A stretch of DNA of 64,000 nt, taken from the NCBI GenBank assembly GCA_030141605.1, contig JAQGDQ010000210.1:124001-188000 (forward strand). Reading direction: 5' to 3'. The position numbers were made by a program, and so were the translations under genes. The notes under the pieces are model-generated. The model was not told the DNA's origin. It worked only from the letters and a program-made list of their open reading frames with translations, and made no database searches. Shown here piece by piece: positions 28,481-41,538 of this stretch (its first letter is position 1; each line of letters begins with the position of its first letter). Source of the DNA: Tubiluchus corallicola (lineage: Eukaryota > Animalia > Priapulida).

Positions 28481-29646
28481 ATGAAGGATGAGAAAAAAGG
28501 GCTATCAATTCAACATTTCATTTTAGAGGCTTATGTTTGATCAGCTTGACTATGATAAGTTCCTGTCTTGCTGCAACCACGACTTCATTTCCTCATCATC
28601 AGCATCATTACAATCGACCATTTTGTATCATTATGACAAAAATGATATTTTCAAAAATATAATTAAGATTTCAATTAATGTTTTGGAGAGAAGCACATTA
28701 TATTATTGTCGTTCTTACTGTAGTTATAGTTTTGGTTATTAACGCCATGTTTGTCAGTATAATTTTGTTCCATATCAATCTACCCTTTTTATTTACTTTA
28801 GCTGATTACACACCATTCAGATCACAAATGAAAGTTCCCTACATATTCAAGCAGACTGTTAATTAGTGAGATGAAGGTAATCGTCTAACGAGAATAATGA
28901 AAGGCATTCAATCTCAAATCACTAGTAATAATTAATTATTTATTTTAACGGTATCTATTTACAACGAAGCTACCTTAGCAATGTTGTGGAATACACTGAT
29001 TATTTTCTTGCTGTGAACTTAAAAAACTATTAAACCCAGAAAGCGAGATCTTCACTGTTGTAATGTGTTATTGAACATGACAATTTCTATACATGTAATA
29101 GATAAAACTTAAACTTTTAATACCTGCAGCTTCTAATATGATCTCAAATTATATATGTATTGACTTATTGCATTGTATTGTGCCTACGTATTATATTATG
29201 TACCTATTGTACCTATGTATGTGTACTGAAGTATTGCAATTAGTTTCTGCGCTAGTAGTTTCCTCAGAAAACGTGTAAAAGCAGTATCACTGTAGTAACA
29301 CGTTTTAGCTTTTAGCTTTATAAATTAAGCGAATGGTGTATCGCGGACCCGCCGACGGTGACAGTGTAGGCGTAGGTTAACGATTTAGCTATGGTGTCGG
29401 TCGGTTGCGGCATCTGGTGACAGAGTTTACAGAGTTTGAAATTCTGGCTACATAATAGTGGAATTCGTGATCAGATCATAACTCTATGTCTTCAACTTTC
29501 AGCTGTAATTATTTTAGCCTTTTAGGCAGTGCTGAAGTGTAAGAATTAGGCCGTAATCACTAGCAGTTGGTAGTTACTGTACTTAAAATCTACTTATAAT
29601 CTACACTATTTATTCTGCTATTTTAGCGCTATCACTGTCAACACTT

Positions 29647-29704
<58 letters not shown>

Positions 29705-29786
29705 CAGTAGCAGTAGCAGTAGCAGTAGCAGTAGCAGTAGCAGTAGCAGTAGCAGTAGCAGTAGCAGTAGCAGTAGCAGTAGCAGT

Positions 29787-29862
<76 letters not shown>

Positions 29863-29870
29863 GTAGTAGT
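29647..29870. repeat. Compound microsatellite (TAG)n-(TAGCAG)n-(CAG)n-(TAG)n
   Basis: Read directly. Confidence 0.98.
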
Positions 29871-30258
29871 TGTTAGTTCATATAAAAAACATACACTGTT
29901 CTGGGCAAATGCGTCTGGTGCAAGCTAAACTATAAGTGCAACTAGAAATTCAAAAATAAAATATAAATTAGTTTAGTAAGGTCTAGGTAAAATAAAATTA
30001 TGATTTGAGTAAGTAGATGATATTCCATGGAAGAATGTTGTTATATAAAGTTGTGTTTGGGAACCCTATTTTTAATTATTATAGTTGGAAGTATAAAACA
30101 AAGTTGCACATGGATCAGTGTCACACCTAATTTTTAAATCAACTATTCAGTATAAAAGCCTTTAATGTTTGACACGTCTGCAAAAATATTCCATAATTAA
30201 AGGCTTTTTATATATTTTTTAATAAACACGTTTTAGCTACTCTCTTTTGTAATCATCA

Positions 30259-30804
30259 TTAAAGGAAGACAGGACGATTGTTTAGACTCAATCTCATTTA
30301 TTTTAATTTACTGTCCAAGATATACATTTTCTTGTCTACAAAAGTTAACAATTGTTCCTTATATTTGAATAATTAGCTTAGAAAGTTAATTAACGGCAAC
30401 GGAACACAGTTATTGCTTACGTCAGAAACTAACCACAGTTTGGCTGGCGTCTTCCTTGCGCGTCAAGCACATTTGCGTAGGTGTTACAGTACTGCTTAAA
30501 CGCATGATGTCACGAAAAATGGGCTTTACATCATATGACGTCATGAAACTAACACTGCAGTTCATGATCATGGTTATCACGGTACCGTCTTCTATTTGTC
30601 GGCCACGCGCACGTGACAAAAAGGCGCCGCTACCAATCTTAGTTAGATTTACTGAGCCGAGCGTAGCTTTCAAAGTTTAACGAATCTGAGGTAATTATTA
30701 TTTAATCTAAGCTTTGATTTACAATAAGCTATTGCAATTTTCAATATTTTTGAGCATTCTTTATTCTGAACTCGTGTTTACACAATCATCCGGTTTTCCT
30801 TTAA
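30259..30804. mobile_element. MITE family B, complete, TTAA target sites (Kolobok/T2-like)
   Basis: TTAA|AGGAAGACAGGACGATTGTTTAGACTC ... GTGTTTACACAATCATCCGGTTTTCCT|TTAA: ~27-bp imperfect TIR around 538 bp with no credible coding capacity. Confidence 0.8.
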
Positions 30805-30996
30805 GTAAATTATTAAAAATTAAATGAAAGTTTCTTTGTTATGGGATATTTGTATAAACGTTATTGTTATTGATATTAAGAATTGTTGCTATTTTGAAAG
30901 GGTTATATAATTATTTCGTTTACGGTAGACCTTCAATATTGTTACTTAATGTAAACTGTGCCGAACTATTACTAACGTTATAACTTCATGAGTACA

Positions 30997-31066
30997 CTAC
31001 TCCGTTCATCCCTACTATTCCGTTCATCCCCACTGTTTCCTTCATCCCCACTATTCCGTTCATCCC
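30997..31066. repeat. 18-bp tandem repeat, ~4 copies
   Basis: CTATTCCGTTCATCCCCA repeated. Confidence 0.85.
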
Positions 31067-34000
31067 CTGAATGCGTTTCTTGTGTAACTTGGGAACTCTC
31101 CAGTAATTTGCGAAAGCTATTTTGTCGTTTTCCTGTAAATTCTCCCGCCGTGGAGAACTAAGTTTTATCCTGGACCCCGGCCCATCTTGTTTAACTTTCA
31201 GGCTTGCTGTTTTTGTTGACTCTCACGCCGAAAAAGCAGCTAACTTTGTAATTTTATCTAAACAATTATTATTTTTGCAAACAAAAACACCCCAGCTACG
31301 CTAGCTTGTTAAAATATTCTTGCAGACCACGAGCAGTAACAGTTAACAGGGTGTTCCCATATTAACCAGTTCAACGATTTAATAATCTTGCGTAATTAAA
31401 TCATCAAACTCCAATGGAAATAGTCATTAAACTGGTTTACAGACACCGATTCTCGTTTAAAGCACAGTTGCACACTGAACAGTGGCTCCCTCTAAACTGG
31501 TAATTCACATCGGCGGCGTGCAGTAACTTAGGTTTGTTAAACTTTAACGAGCGGCGCACTAGAAGTGGTTAGTTTCCAGGAAGTGTCGTTGAAAGTGAAA
31601 CGCTAACGCTGTGTTTCGTACGTAAAATCGTGTTTAGCTGGAGAACGGTTTTTTAAGTTACAATAATAATTATGTAGTAACTAGCACGAATATGATTTAA
31701 ATATATGCATCATTGTACACATTGTGAGCTTCAGGTATGTTATTTTAATTCGACTACGGTTTTACTTTTATTGTAGTAGTTATGTACATTGATTAACGCA
31801 ATGTATTAAACATTCAATGATCGATTGTAAAAATTAACACGCGTAACTACGGGTGCAAATCAGACCAAAACGTAGGCCGGCGTGCAAAGAGCTGTTTCAC
31901 ATTCTAACAATGGTCTTCCCACCTGTAATCAGTTATCACCTGAGAGCGTTGTTTTCTCCAAAAAATCAAGCACTCGATACAGACAGTGTATGAGTCTAAT
32001 AATGCTGGGCTTAAAATATTTCACGCCCTCTGCAAAGTGGACTGCGCGGGTCCATGACACTAGTCAAAATTGTTTTCATAGCTGCTAGCCATTTTGTTCT
32101 AGTAGATTCTTGACAGGCGCATAGAAATTAATAGTCTGAACAGGCCAATAGTCTGTACTGTTGCTATTTATTGCTTCAATTTTGTCAGCACTTCATTGGA
32201 AGCCCTTATTAGACGGGTATCGGAAACAATAATCACAACGACTTAATTAACATAGTTATGAAATTTATTTTGGATGGTTCAGCTGTCTTATGTAACGTAC
32301 ACATTCAAAGCTACAAACAAAAACAGAACAGATCTACTTTAGAAATCAGCATCGTAAGCCTACTGATCACACAAAAAATCTGCAATAGTTTGCAAACTGA
32401 TAACAGGTAAGAATAACATAATTAACAATGCTATATAAAGCAGCTATACAAGCAGGTGTATAAGCACCTAAATTCCGTTCATCAAGGTATACCTACTGTT
32501 TTAAATGACAAAAAAGTAAAATCAAACCAACACTCAAATAGTTCTATAAAGTGGAGAAATCAGTAAGTAAAACAACATTGCTGTTACTCGTATTTCTTCA
32601 GCGGTAAGTTTATACCAAATTTCGTGGACCCTCTAAAGTTGTGGTCTTCATGGTTCGCAAACCGCTAAAGCCGGTACTGAGTCTGCAGCAACAGAAAAAT
32701 GTCGGCATCATTTGATTAACAGCATAGTGCACAATCTGCTCAAAACAGCATTCGGCAGTGACCCCTATCCTGCACTCCTCTGCAAGTAAATCAGTACAAT
32801 TGGAATTCCGTGTCTCACTCAAACCTTGGCCAATTTATTTCGTAATTGCTAATCAACGGGAACTTGTACATTGGGGTAATTAAGTGAACAGTCGAGTTGG
32901 CTTGATCACAACAGTTAGGGGTCAATAATTCCGTGAACTATATTATTTAGTACAGAAACGGCGCGCGCCCGTGTCAGCCTACGCCTTATGTGATATTGCA
33001 TTACAATTAAAGTGCACATTCTCCGGCTAGACGTAGATACATTAGAAATTTTTAAAATAATAGATTCAGAGTTTATAATTTCAGTATAAGCTGCCTATTG
33101 AACTTTTCTATAGGACCTTTAAAATGGTAACATATATATGATAAACAATTCCAAAATGGCTTTTATTAATGTTGATTCCTACAATTTACAAATCTCAAGT
33201 ATATTTTTAAATTTAGAAAGTGAACATAAAGACAAGGCGTATACAATAAGCATACTTTAACGATTATTACAGTAACTCTACTCCTATGCATTATGAGCAG
33301 CCTTATAAGAGCAGCACCTGCAGGGTATACTAAAGGTACATTTTACTTTTCCATTAAGAACATTGCCGTTAATGCGTTCCTGCCATTTCTAGACAGATCT
33401 TTTGTCTATAGAACTATTGTCTAATTTAAGCCAATCGATTTTGTGTCCGGAGATAGATGACTGCAGAGCTTTCTAGTTGAAACGAGTAAACAGGGTTTTA
33501 GTCAAATTAATGCATAGCGCCAGTTTTCTGCTATCCAGTTGAAGTGCTGATGCTTAGAATGCCTGGCTGCCCTGGCAGGAAACTACAGACGCTATTTTAA
33601 ATCTTTCGCATAATCGCACTAAAGCTTGAAATCCCAAACTTCCCGGATACAAAACTATAGAGCCACCCGGTCCTGATCGTGAGATGCCAACGTTTGGTTA
33701 ATTGTGTTCGGATTGAGAGGCGTGTCGTTTTCTTAAATAAATTTCTCATCATTGCATTTGTAACGTGTACAAGTTAACCTATTTAATATACCAATTATTT
33801 ATTCATCAGCATATTAATTTGCTTGAATAAAGACATTTTTATACATATCGGCACACAGCAAACCGGTATGAAGCTTTCAACAAGGTCAACTTACTTGTTG
33901 ATGCTAAGCCGACTAAGCTGATTCAGCTACATTCGGATGTTCAAAAACTAAATAAGTAATAAGTGTAGCTAATAATAATGTTACTGTGGCGTTTAACTGT

Positions 34001-35724
34001 AATCTATGACTTTTTGTTTTGTTATTGTTCCGTCTTTTTGTGTACACAATTATTGCAGCTATTAAATAAGTTGTAATAACACATCGTTTTAATGATCTGG
34101 GTCGATTCCAGACAGACAATGCCTGGACAATGTATTTCAAGAGGATGAATGGGTCGTGAACACTGCCTGGCATTCTGCGAGCTAACCTAGTCAATTTGTG
34201 CAAAATCGTGTCAGTAACAATTGGTTTTTGATATCATTTGAAAGAATTGTTATAATATTATGAACTTCATAAATGCCCATTTCCGGTATGGAATTGAACG
34301 TTCCTTATCTAGTGATTGCAGTGTTAGTGGGGGCCTTCACTGCTAATAATTTTTATTTCAAGTTCATTTCAAGTTTTACTTTAAGTCTGTTTAAAAAACA
34401 ATAAATTCTAGCTGTAGACAGCTAATTTCACCAACTAAGAGATTAAAAATTGAAAAATTTAAAATACAAGAATCATGTGATAAAGCATAATGCAATAAAT
34501 ACCATAGAAGGAATTTTTTGAATAAACAGTTCTGTATTCTTAAACAAACGTGTTTAAGCAAAAGAAGTTAAGCAAGTAATCAACTTCTCAGAACTAGTTG
34601 TTTGCTTGAACCTGCTAGCCGAGTTAGCTTTTAGTGATATTTTGGTAACAAGTTACAGATCTTGACACCTAGGTAAGAAAAAAAGAGTGTAGGCCGGCTC
34701 TAGTGATGTTACGTCTTGGAATTGATAGCAGTTTTGAATTCCGGAGGCCCTAAAGTGTTGATTTTGCTTCGAAAAGATTTTGAACCCACATAGGAGAAAT
34801 TCTCTTAGGCGCTAATGGCTTTATTTGACGCTCTCTTTATACTTTATAATCTACATAAGTATTTGTAAGAGTTCATCACTGTAAGATTTGTTGCAATTAT
34901 AGTGACTAGGCGGAGAGCTCTTTCATCCAATTTTTTCTCTTGCTAGCTCCGCCGTGATTCCATACTATGCTACGGTATCTGAAGTGACAGCTTCTAAAAC
35001 TCTTCAAAATAATCATCTCCGTTGCGTCAATAACGAATTATACACACGTTTTAGGACGCTGATCTGCCGGCTATCTGCTTTGCAAATCTGATGTAATCAT
35101 TCAATCATCTTTCTATTTTAACTTTAAGAAGCTCAACAAGCTCCTCTGACTCAATTGCGCTTGATTGATTGTCAACAGAAATGGGTTCCGCCTGCTCATC
35201 AATTGTAATGAGTGAAATTTTCTGATATCAATTGATAGATAGCAAGAGTTTGCAAATGATAAATATTTTTATGTGGCTGTGTAGACTGAAATTATTCATG
35301 TTCAATTAATTTTGACTTTGTGGAATTTGGTTCGCCAAACGTCATACATAGATTACGTAGTAGGAACATCGAAAAACTTTTGTTTCGCCTCACAGAACAA
35401 CCAAAATGAATCATACTTTCAATTCCGGTGTTTTTGTAAATTGCCTGGTTTTTAGTTCGTTTCTTCTCCTGAAACCAAAGGTAGTTTCAAGCTTGTTGGA
35501 GTTTTACAAATATTTGTTGAATATTGTTTGTGTATTCGAAGTATCTTCAGATTATTAATCAACATGATATACAATAAACAAAACTGTAAGAAACTAACAC
35601 ACAATATGTTAAAGTAAAACAGTAAGAAATTAGAACTTGTGCTTACATATATGACAAGTGTAAACCTGCTTTCGGTTTATACACGGAATTATGATAACCG
35701 GATTTTCTAACAGCCTTCTTTAGG

Positions 35725-36105
35725 AGGCTAGGTTTACTGAGCCTTAACTGAATACCTGGTCATGTACTAGGCTTCCTCAGCCTTAACTGAGTACCTGGTC
35801 ATGTCCTAGACTTACTCAACCTTAGCTGAGTACTGGCCATGAACTGGAATTACTCAGCCTGAACTGAGTACCTGGTCATGAACTGGGCTTATTCGGCCTT
35901 AACTGAATACCTGGTTATGTCCAAGACTTACTCAACCTTAACTGAGTACTGGCCATGAACTGGGCTTACTCAGCCTGAACTGAGTACCTGGTCATGAACT
36001 GGGCTTCTTCGGCCTTAACTGAGTACTGGTCATGTCCTAGACTTACTCAGCCTTAACTGAGTACTGTTCATGTCCTAGGCTTCCTCAGGCTTAACTGAGT
36101 AGCTG
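35725..36105. repeat. 38/39-bp minisatellite, ~9.5 copies, with a 116-bp higher-order duplication
   Basis: Unit GCTTACTCAGCCTTAACTGAGTACCTGGTCATG(TCCTAG/AACTGG); the trimer at 35819-35934 is repeated at 35935-36050. Confidence 0.93.
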
Positions 36106-37517
36106 GGTTATGAAGTTGGAGAAAAAAAATCGACCGAGTAGCAGCCTAACCATATATCTACATCGTGGCTTCGTAAACAGTTGCGGTATGGGACCACTTC
36201 TCCTCTTCCTCCCATTCTTATTCGTCTTCTTCTTCTCTCGTCCTCCTCCTTCTTCTTTTCGCAAACACTGTATACTTGCTCTGCAAACCAGAGAGACTAG
36301 AAACCAAATAAACCCGCAGACTAGATTAATGCGTGTTTTTAATCAATACCGAGTTCCCAAGTAATCCACGTGCATGTTTTATTTAACTGTACTTCTTATT
36401 TCTCTAAGGACTACAGGAATTCTTATAGCTGCTTGCGTACCGCTAATGCACTGACATCCGAAAGTAATGAAAATATTTCCCTTGAAAGCAGCTTTATAGC
36501 TTAGAGTTTTTTCTTGCAATTGAGCAACAGTATCATAAAATACTGAAAAGGGCAGCTGAAGATTAATTGAGCGTGATTTCTCGTCCAGTGCTTTAATAAT
36601 AATAGCCATACTGCAGAACACAAGTATGGATGACCAAATGAACCCCTACTTTCACGTTAAATAAATTAGGAGTTTATACAAATGAAATAATTTTTAAGTT
36701 TAACAAGGAGTGGTTCAAATTATTTTGTTTATTACACTAATGAGAATTCAAATAATTAACTTCTGCGTGATGAGACAAGGTGTTTCCTGTGAAAGGCTTT
36801 TCTGTTCTTCACTTTCAGACAGTTTCCACTACAGGTAATCTGATGCAAATGTTTAGATTTGATTTCACTAAAACTAAGTTATTATATTTTCTAAACATAG
36901 TTTTCAGGCGATATAAGAATTTTCGTAGGATTTACGTAAATTAATTATTTTTCTTATATTCCTTCTGCCACACTTGTTGGGCAATAATAAAAGTCACCTG
37001 CTTATCTAAAGTTTGTCTCTATCTATCGAGGATTTATGTGTTTTTTCAATTGTCGTGTTACAGAAAATCCTGATTCGAGTTATTATAAAATACTTTACAT
37101 CAAGAATCAACCGGTTTTTATATGAACTTTTATGTAAAAATGTCTAATTCTATGTTTGTTGTTGGTAGTTTTTAATGATTAACTAAGCACGAACCTTGTG
37201 GAACTCCTAACGGTTAGTTTAAATGTTCACGAGAAAGCGTGTGCATTTGGTTACCAGCAAATTGTTTAATTCTAAAGTTTTCAAAGATTATTATTAAATG
37301 TTGTTCAATTTGTTGATGCAGACGTTTGCAGTCTTCTCAGCATTTTAATCATTTATAATTACTCAAGATCTTTTCGATATTAGATTTCCGTAATGTCTGT
37401 TTTTAATAATTAAAATCAGGCCAAACTGCAAAAGCGTACGCGAAGGCGAGTAACTAAAAGAAATGAGAGTGTAATTGGATATACAGTAGTTGCATCATCA
37501 GCGTAATCATCATCGAT

Positions 37518-37640
37518 CATGATTGGTGATGGTGATGATGATGATGATGATAATGATGACGACGACGATGATGACGATGATGATGATGACGATGATGATG
37601 ATGAATGTTATATGAAGCATGATGATGATAATGATGAATA
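37518..37640. repeat. (GAT/GAC)n microsatellite
   Basis: Read directly. Confidence 0.9.
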
Positions 37641-37943
37641 TTATATTGATTATATGATTACAATCAACCACGATGATTATAAGTAGTATTGCAAAAAATC
37701 TTTTTTCAGGACAAAAAGATAATTTACACAACTCAGTTGATGCTGAGGCTTTGCCATATAACAGTAGCAAACATTGTAGACTTCATGTGACCTCCTCAAG
37801 GATGAAGCCACATAACTTTTCTCGACTGTCAGAAATTATACATCACGTTAGAAGTGTGGAGCTCTGCTAGTTCTTCGAAATTTTTTGTGAGGCAACATGG
37901 TAATTATTCATCTCTATTACACTGGTGCAGCAGCTGCGGCAGG

Positions 37944-38782
37944 ATGATATACCCTGTAAAGATGAGGTTACATTTACATACCATAACCAAAAATTTGGCC
38001 ATTGGTGCCTTCTTGGTGTTTTTTGTTCTCGTTATGTTGGTATTTGACCAGGAACCATGTGGAAAACCAGCTGCCATTATGGTACCAAGAGAGGAAACCA
38101 AATTTATACATGGCCACGAAAACGAGAGATACTCGTATAATAGAACAATGCCATTGGTGTTCATAGGTGGCGTGCCACGCAGCGGAACTACTTTAATGCG
38201 GGTCATGCTCGATGCGCACCCTGATGTCCGTTGCGGTGAAGAAACACGTGTGATACCACGACTACTGGGCATGCGACACCAGTGGTACAAGAGCCCAAAA
38301 GAGGTATGGCGACTTCGGGAGGCAGGGCTCAATCCAAGTGTGATAAACGACGCCATTTCTGCTTTCATTTTAGAAATCATTGCCAAGCACGGGCAGGGTG
38401 CACCAAGGCTATGCAACAAAGATCCATTCATGCTCAAATCAGCCGTATACCTGTCACAAATGTTTCCAAATGCCAAATTTCTGATGATGATTCGTGACGG
38501 CAGGGCAACCGTTCATTCCATCATTACACGCAAGGTTACAATCACAGGTTTCAATTTAGACAGTTACAGACAGTGTTTAGAACGCTGGAACATGGCCGTT
38601 GAGGCGATGTATAATCAGTGCTTACAGGTGGGACGTACTCGCTGTTTACCCGTGTTTTATGAACAACTTGTACTTCATCCAGAGAGGGAAATGCGTCGAG
38701 TTCTCAGCTTCCTAGATTTGCCTTGGAATTCAACAGTATTGCATCATGATGAGCTTATAGGAAAACACATTTCATTGTCTAA
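37944..38782 (+). CDS. TPST: Tyrosylprotein sulfotransferase, coding exon 1
   Basis: Type II membrane anchor ([17 protein letters not shown]), 5'-PSB motif [39 protein letters not shown], 3'-PB motif [14 protein letters not shown] and YEQLVLHPE. Donor AA|GTAAGT (phase 2). Start may instead be ATG 37962. Confidence 0.97.
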
Positions 38783-40422
38783 GTAAGTTACATATACATA
38801 CATGTGCACTATGCATAACAGTAAGCTCACGGTTAAAAAGTGCTAATAGTAGATCAGTAAAGATTAACAACAATATATTAATTAATAAATTAAATATTTC
38901 CCTCCAGAAAACTGAGCTTACAGTTAAATTCGTGTAGTTTTAATTAAACCAATGACGTTAGTAACAAAATGTTTTAATTCTCAAAATGCTCAGAAAGCGA
39001 GACGTACAAGAAATTCACCAATAAAAGGCGATATGTCGTGTTTGAAGGTGAACCTTGCGCATTTATCACAAGGTAAATAAAGTCGGTTTAATAAAGTTTT
39101 TGGTAATGTCCCTTTTTTCAGCCCATTTTGTTAAAGTGCTTTTTGTTTTTGCCTTACTAAATCTAAATTTAACTCGCTTTCAACTAATTAACTAACTGGA
39201 TGAAAAAACGTCTTTACAAAACTACGAAGTCCTTTTTTTCAAAATTGATGTGCAGTTTTTCCAAGCAAAGCCAAAAGCCACTCATGGGATAAGGAGCTAT
39301 AACAGGAAGGTGTGTGGGAGGTGCATGTGCAGGGAATAGTTTCTTAGACGAGCCATAGATAAGCGAATGATTTATTGAAGAACCATTTCTGTAAAAAAAC
39401 ATTAACTTGACGCGCACATTCTGTATTTCATGAGGACTGGAGGATTAAATTCAAAACGTAGAAACGGTGAACTAAGTGATTCTGAATTCATAAGAATGAA
39501 TGTACGTGCTTTTCAGAGGTGGAATCTTCACTGCATACTGTACAGAGGAAAGCTGATCGTTTTAGTAACAAGGTTCATTTTTATATTTTCTATCTCCGGG
39601 AGTGAAGTTATTTTTCAGAGCAGCTGAAACCATATAAGCTATAATTTATACAGAATTACATTATTATTCACGAATGCAGTTCTAAGCAAAGCTATTAGCT
39701 TTACAGCGCGCACTCACACATTTTAGTAAAACCGTTTCTCCTTTCTGCCCAAAAATTGCCTTCGTCAAGAAATGAATGAGCTTTCGTGCAATGCCGCAGC
39801 AAAGATCTGCAAAGCGTATTTCGATCAGAGCAGATAATGAATAGCATTATATTCACATGCGGCAAAGTTTGTGTTAACCTACTGAGAGCGCGCCGAAACG
39901 TTTGTCTTTTTCAAATATTTGACTCAAACAAGTCGTCTGCCACTCGCTGACATGAGGCTACACCTTTGCTTTTAGTAGCAAAAGATTTGATCTCTGTATT
40001 TCATCAGTAAACAGTACTGTTTTAAAAAATCACTAAAATAGTATAATCACTCTAAAATGTACGCTTTTTTTATATAATGATGATATAATTAACTTAGGCG
40101 AAATAGCCACGTAATATAACATGACACTGTGGCGCAAGACTATAGAGAAGAGTGCATTTATTTATGTAGAATTATAGCCTAGGCATCATTCTTTAAACTG
40201 GTCATTGGAGTCACTAAGACATACTTGGTAAAAGTAATATGCTTCTATTAATTACCATCGCTTAACAGTTGCCTGAAGACGTTACATTCCTGCATGACTG
40301 ATGCGGACAGCTGTTTAGGAAGATCTACGTATACGATTTATGCATTAAGTTTTAAATATAGTTTTTCATTTACGACTCGCACTGACTGTAAATTACAAGA
40401 AACGTTTTTTGCGTTCTCGCAG

Positions 40423-40512
40423 AACAGAAAGAAGTTCTGATCAAGTCATCAAACCGATCAACTTAGATGCACTCAGGAAATGGGTGGGTCATCTACCCCA
40501 AGATGTCCTACG
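40423..40512 (+). CDS. TPST: TPST coding exon 2 (absent from the ORF track)
   Basis: Acceptor TTCTCGCAG|, donor CG|GTAAGT. Encodes (K)[29 protein letters not shown](R), the conserved TPST ERSxDQVIKP segment. Confidence 0.96.
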
Positions 40513-40987
40513 GTAAGTTTATGTACATACCTCACGAAGAGTGGAAAACTGTTCAATGTATCAAGTTTCACGGGTAAACGTACGAAAATTGATTCTTGTT
40601 CTTCCTTATAGAAGTTCCACTTAAATTGTAAGATCATTATCAGGAAAAATACATGATTGACTTCTTACTGAAATTAAACTATGTGTACACGGAGAAAAAG
40701 TAAAAACCAATGTACTTAAAAAACGCTGTTTGCCAGAATGAGTAAGGTTGTGTTACAAATAATAATGTATTTAAAATACTTAACTTGAATATTAAATTAA
40801 TTATATGATATGTATCCAGCACAGTCATGTATTGTACTTGTATTTAGCTTAAAAGTCGCATTCTGGTCAAGTTAAAAGTAACTTGAGTTACTAATATGAG
40901 CAATCTTTGCCCACCTATGGCTAGTGCCACTTTATCCAGACAGGCATCAAATTGATCAACCACTAAAAATCGATGCTCAGACTTTAC

Positions 40988-41322
40988 AGCGCGTTCAAAC
41001 TAGCAAGTTTTCTCTCCAAGTTAACTCGCCAAGCAACTCACCAAGTAACTCACAAGGGTGTCAGCCTAGAGAACAAAATTTGAGGCAAATTACTCTCCGA
41101 CAGTAAGCACGAGCTGAGGCTCACGTCCCTATTCACTGCCAGAAGTGTCGAGAGTAACTCGCCGAGGTGTTCACACTAGACAGTAACTCGCAAGAAATCA
41201 GCTCGCAACAACTATCGGAGAGTTTGCTATTCTTGCCGATAGTAACTTAACGCAGTTCACACTTGCGTGTTTGCTGTCAAAGAAAAAACTCTCAACAGAA
41301 AACTCGCTAGCCTGAAGTTTTT
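40988..41322. mobile_element. Probable PIF/Harbinger-type MITE in TPST intron 2
   Basis: TIR GCGTTCAAACTAGCAAGTTTTCT ... AGAAAACTCGCTAGCCTGAA; internal repeats of GTTCACACT and AACTCGC. Confidence 0.55.
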
Positions 41323-41415
41323 GACTCTTTTTGAAACAGAATCGTGTTAGGTCTACCGACATAGTTTTGCATTATAGTACCAATGTCGCACTGTAGATTT
41401 CACACATTTTTATAG

Positions 41416-41538
41416 GGACATGGGAAGCATTGCACCAATGCTGAGAGTTTTCAAATATGATCCCTACGCAAATCCTCCTAATTACGGGCAACCTGACGTT
41501 TTTGTTTTGGAGAAGACCAGTGCAATCCAACGAAACCG
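41416..41538 (+). CDS. TPST: TPST coding exon 3
   Basis: Acceptor TTTTTATAG|, donor CG|GTAAG, phase 2/2. Encodes (R)[40 protein letters not shown](R), matching the TPST IAPML..YDP..NPPNYG motif. Confidence 0.95.

Noticed and set aside
29618-29848. Poly-Leu, poly-Ser or poly-Gln coding tract
   Set aside because: It is a pure microsatellite with no exon context.
37854-37943. GTG-initiated N-terminal extension of TPST in the ORF track
   Set aside because: Eukaryotic initiation is expected at ATG 37944 or 37962, which gives a typical short cytosolic tail before the membrane anchor.
37904-38476. 190-aa antisense ORF
   Set aside because: It is a shadow ORF opposite the TPST exon with no independent support.
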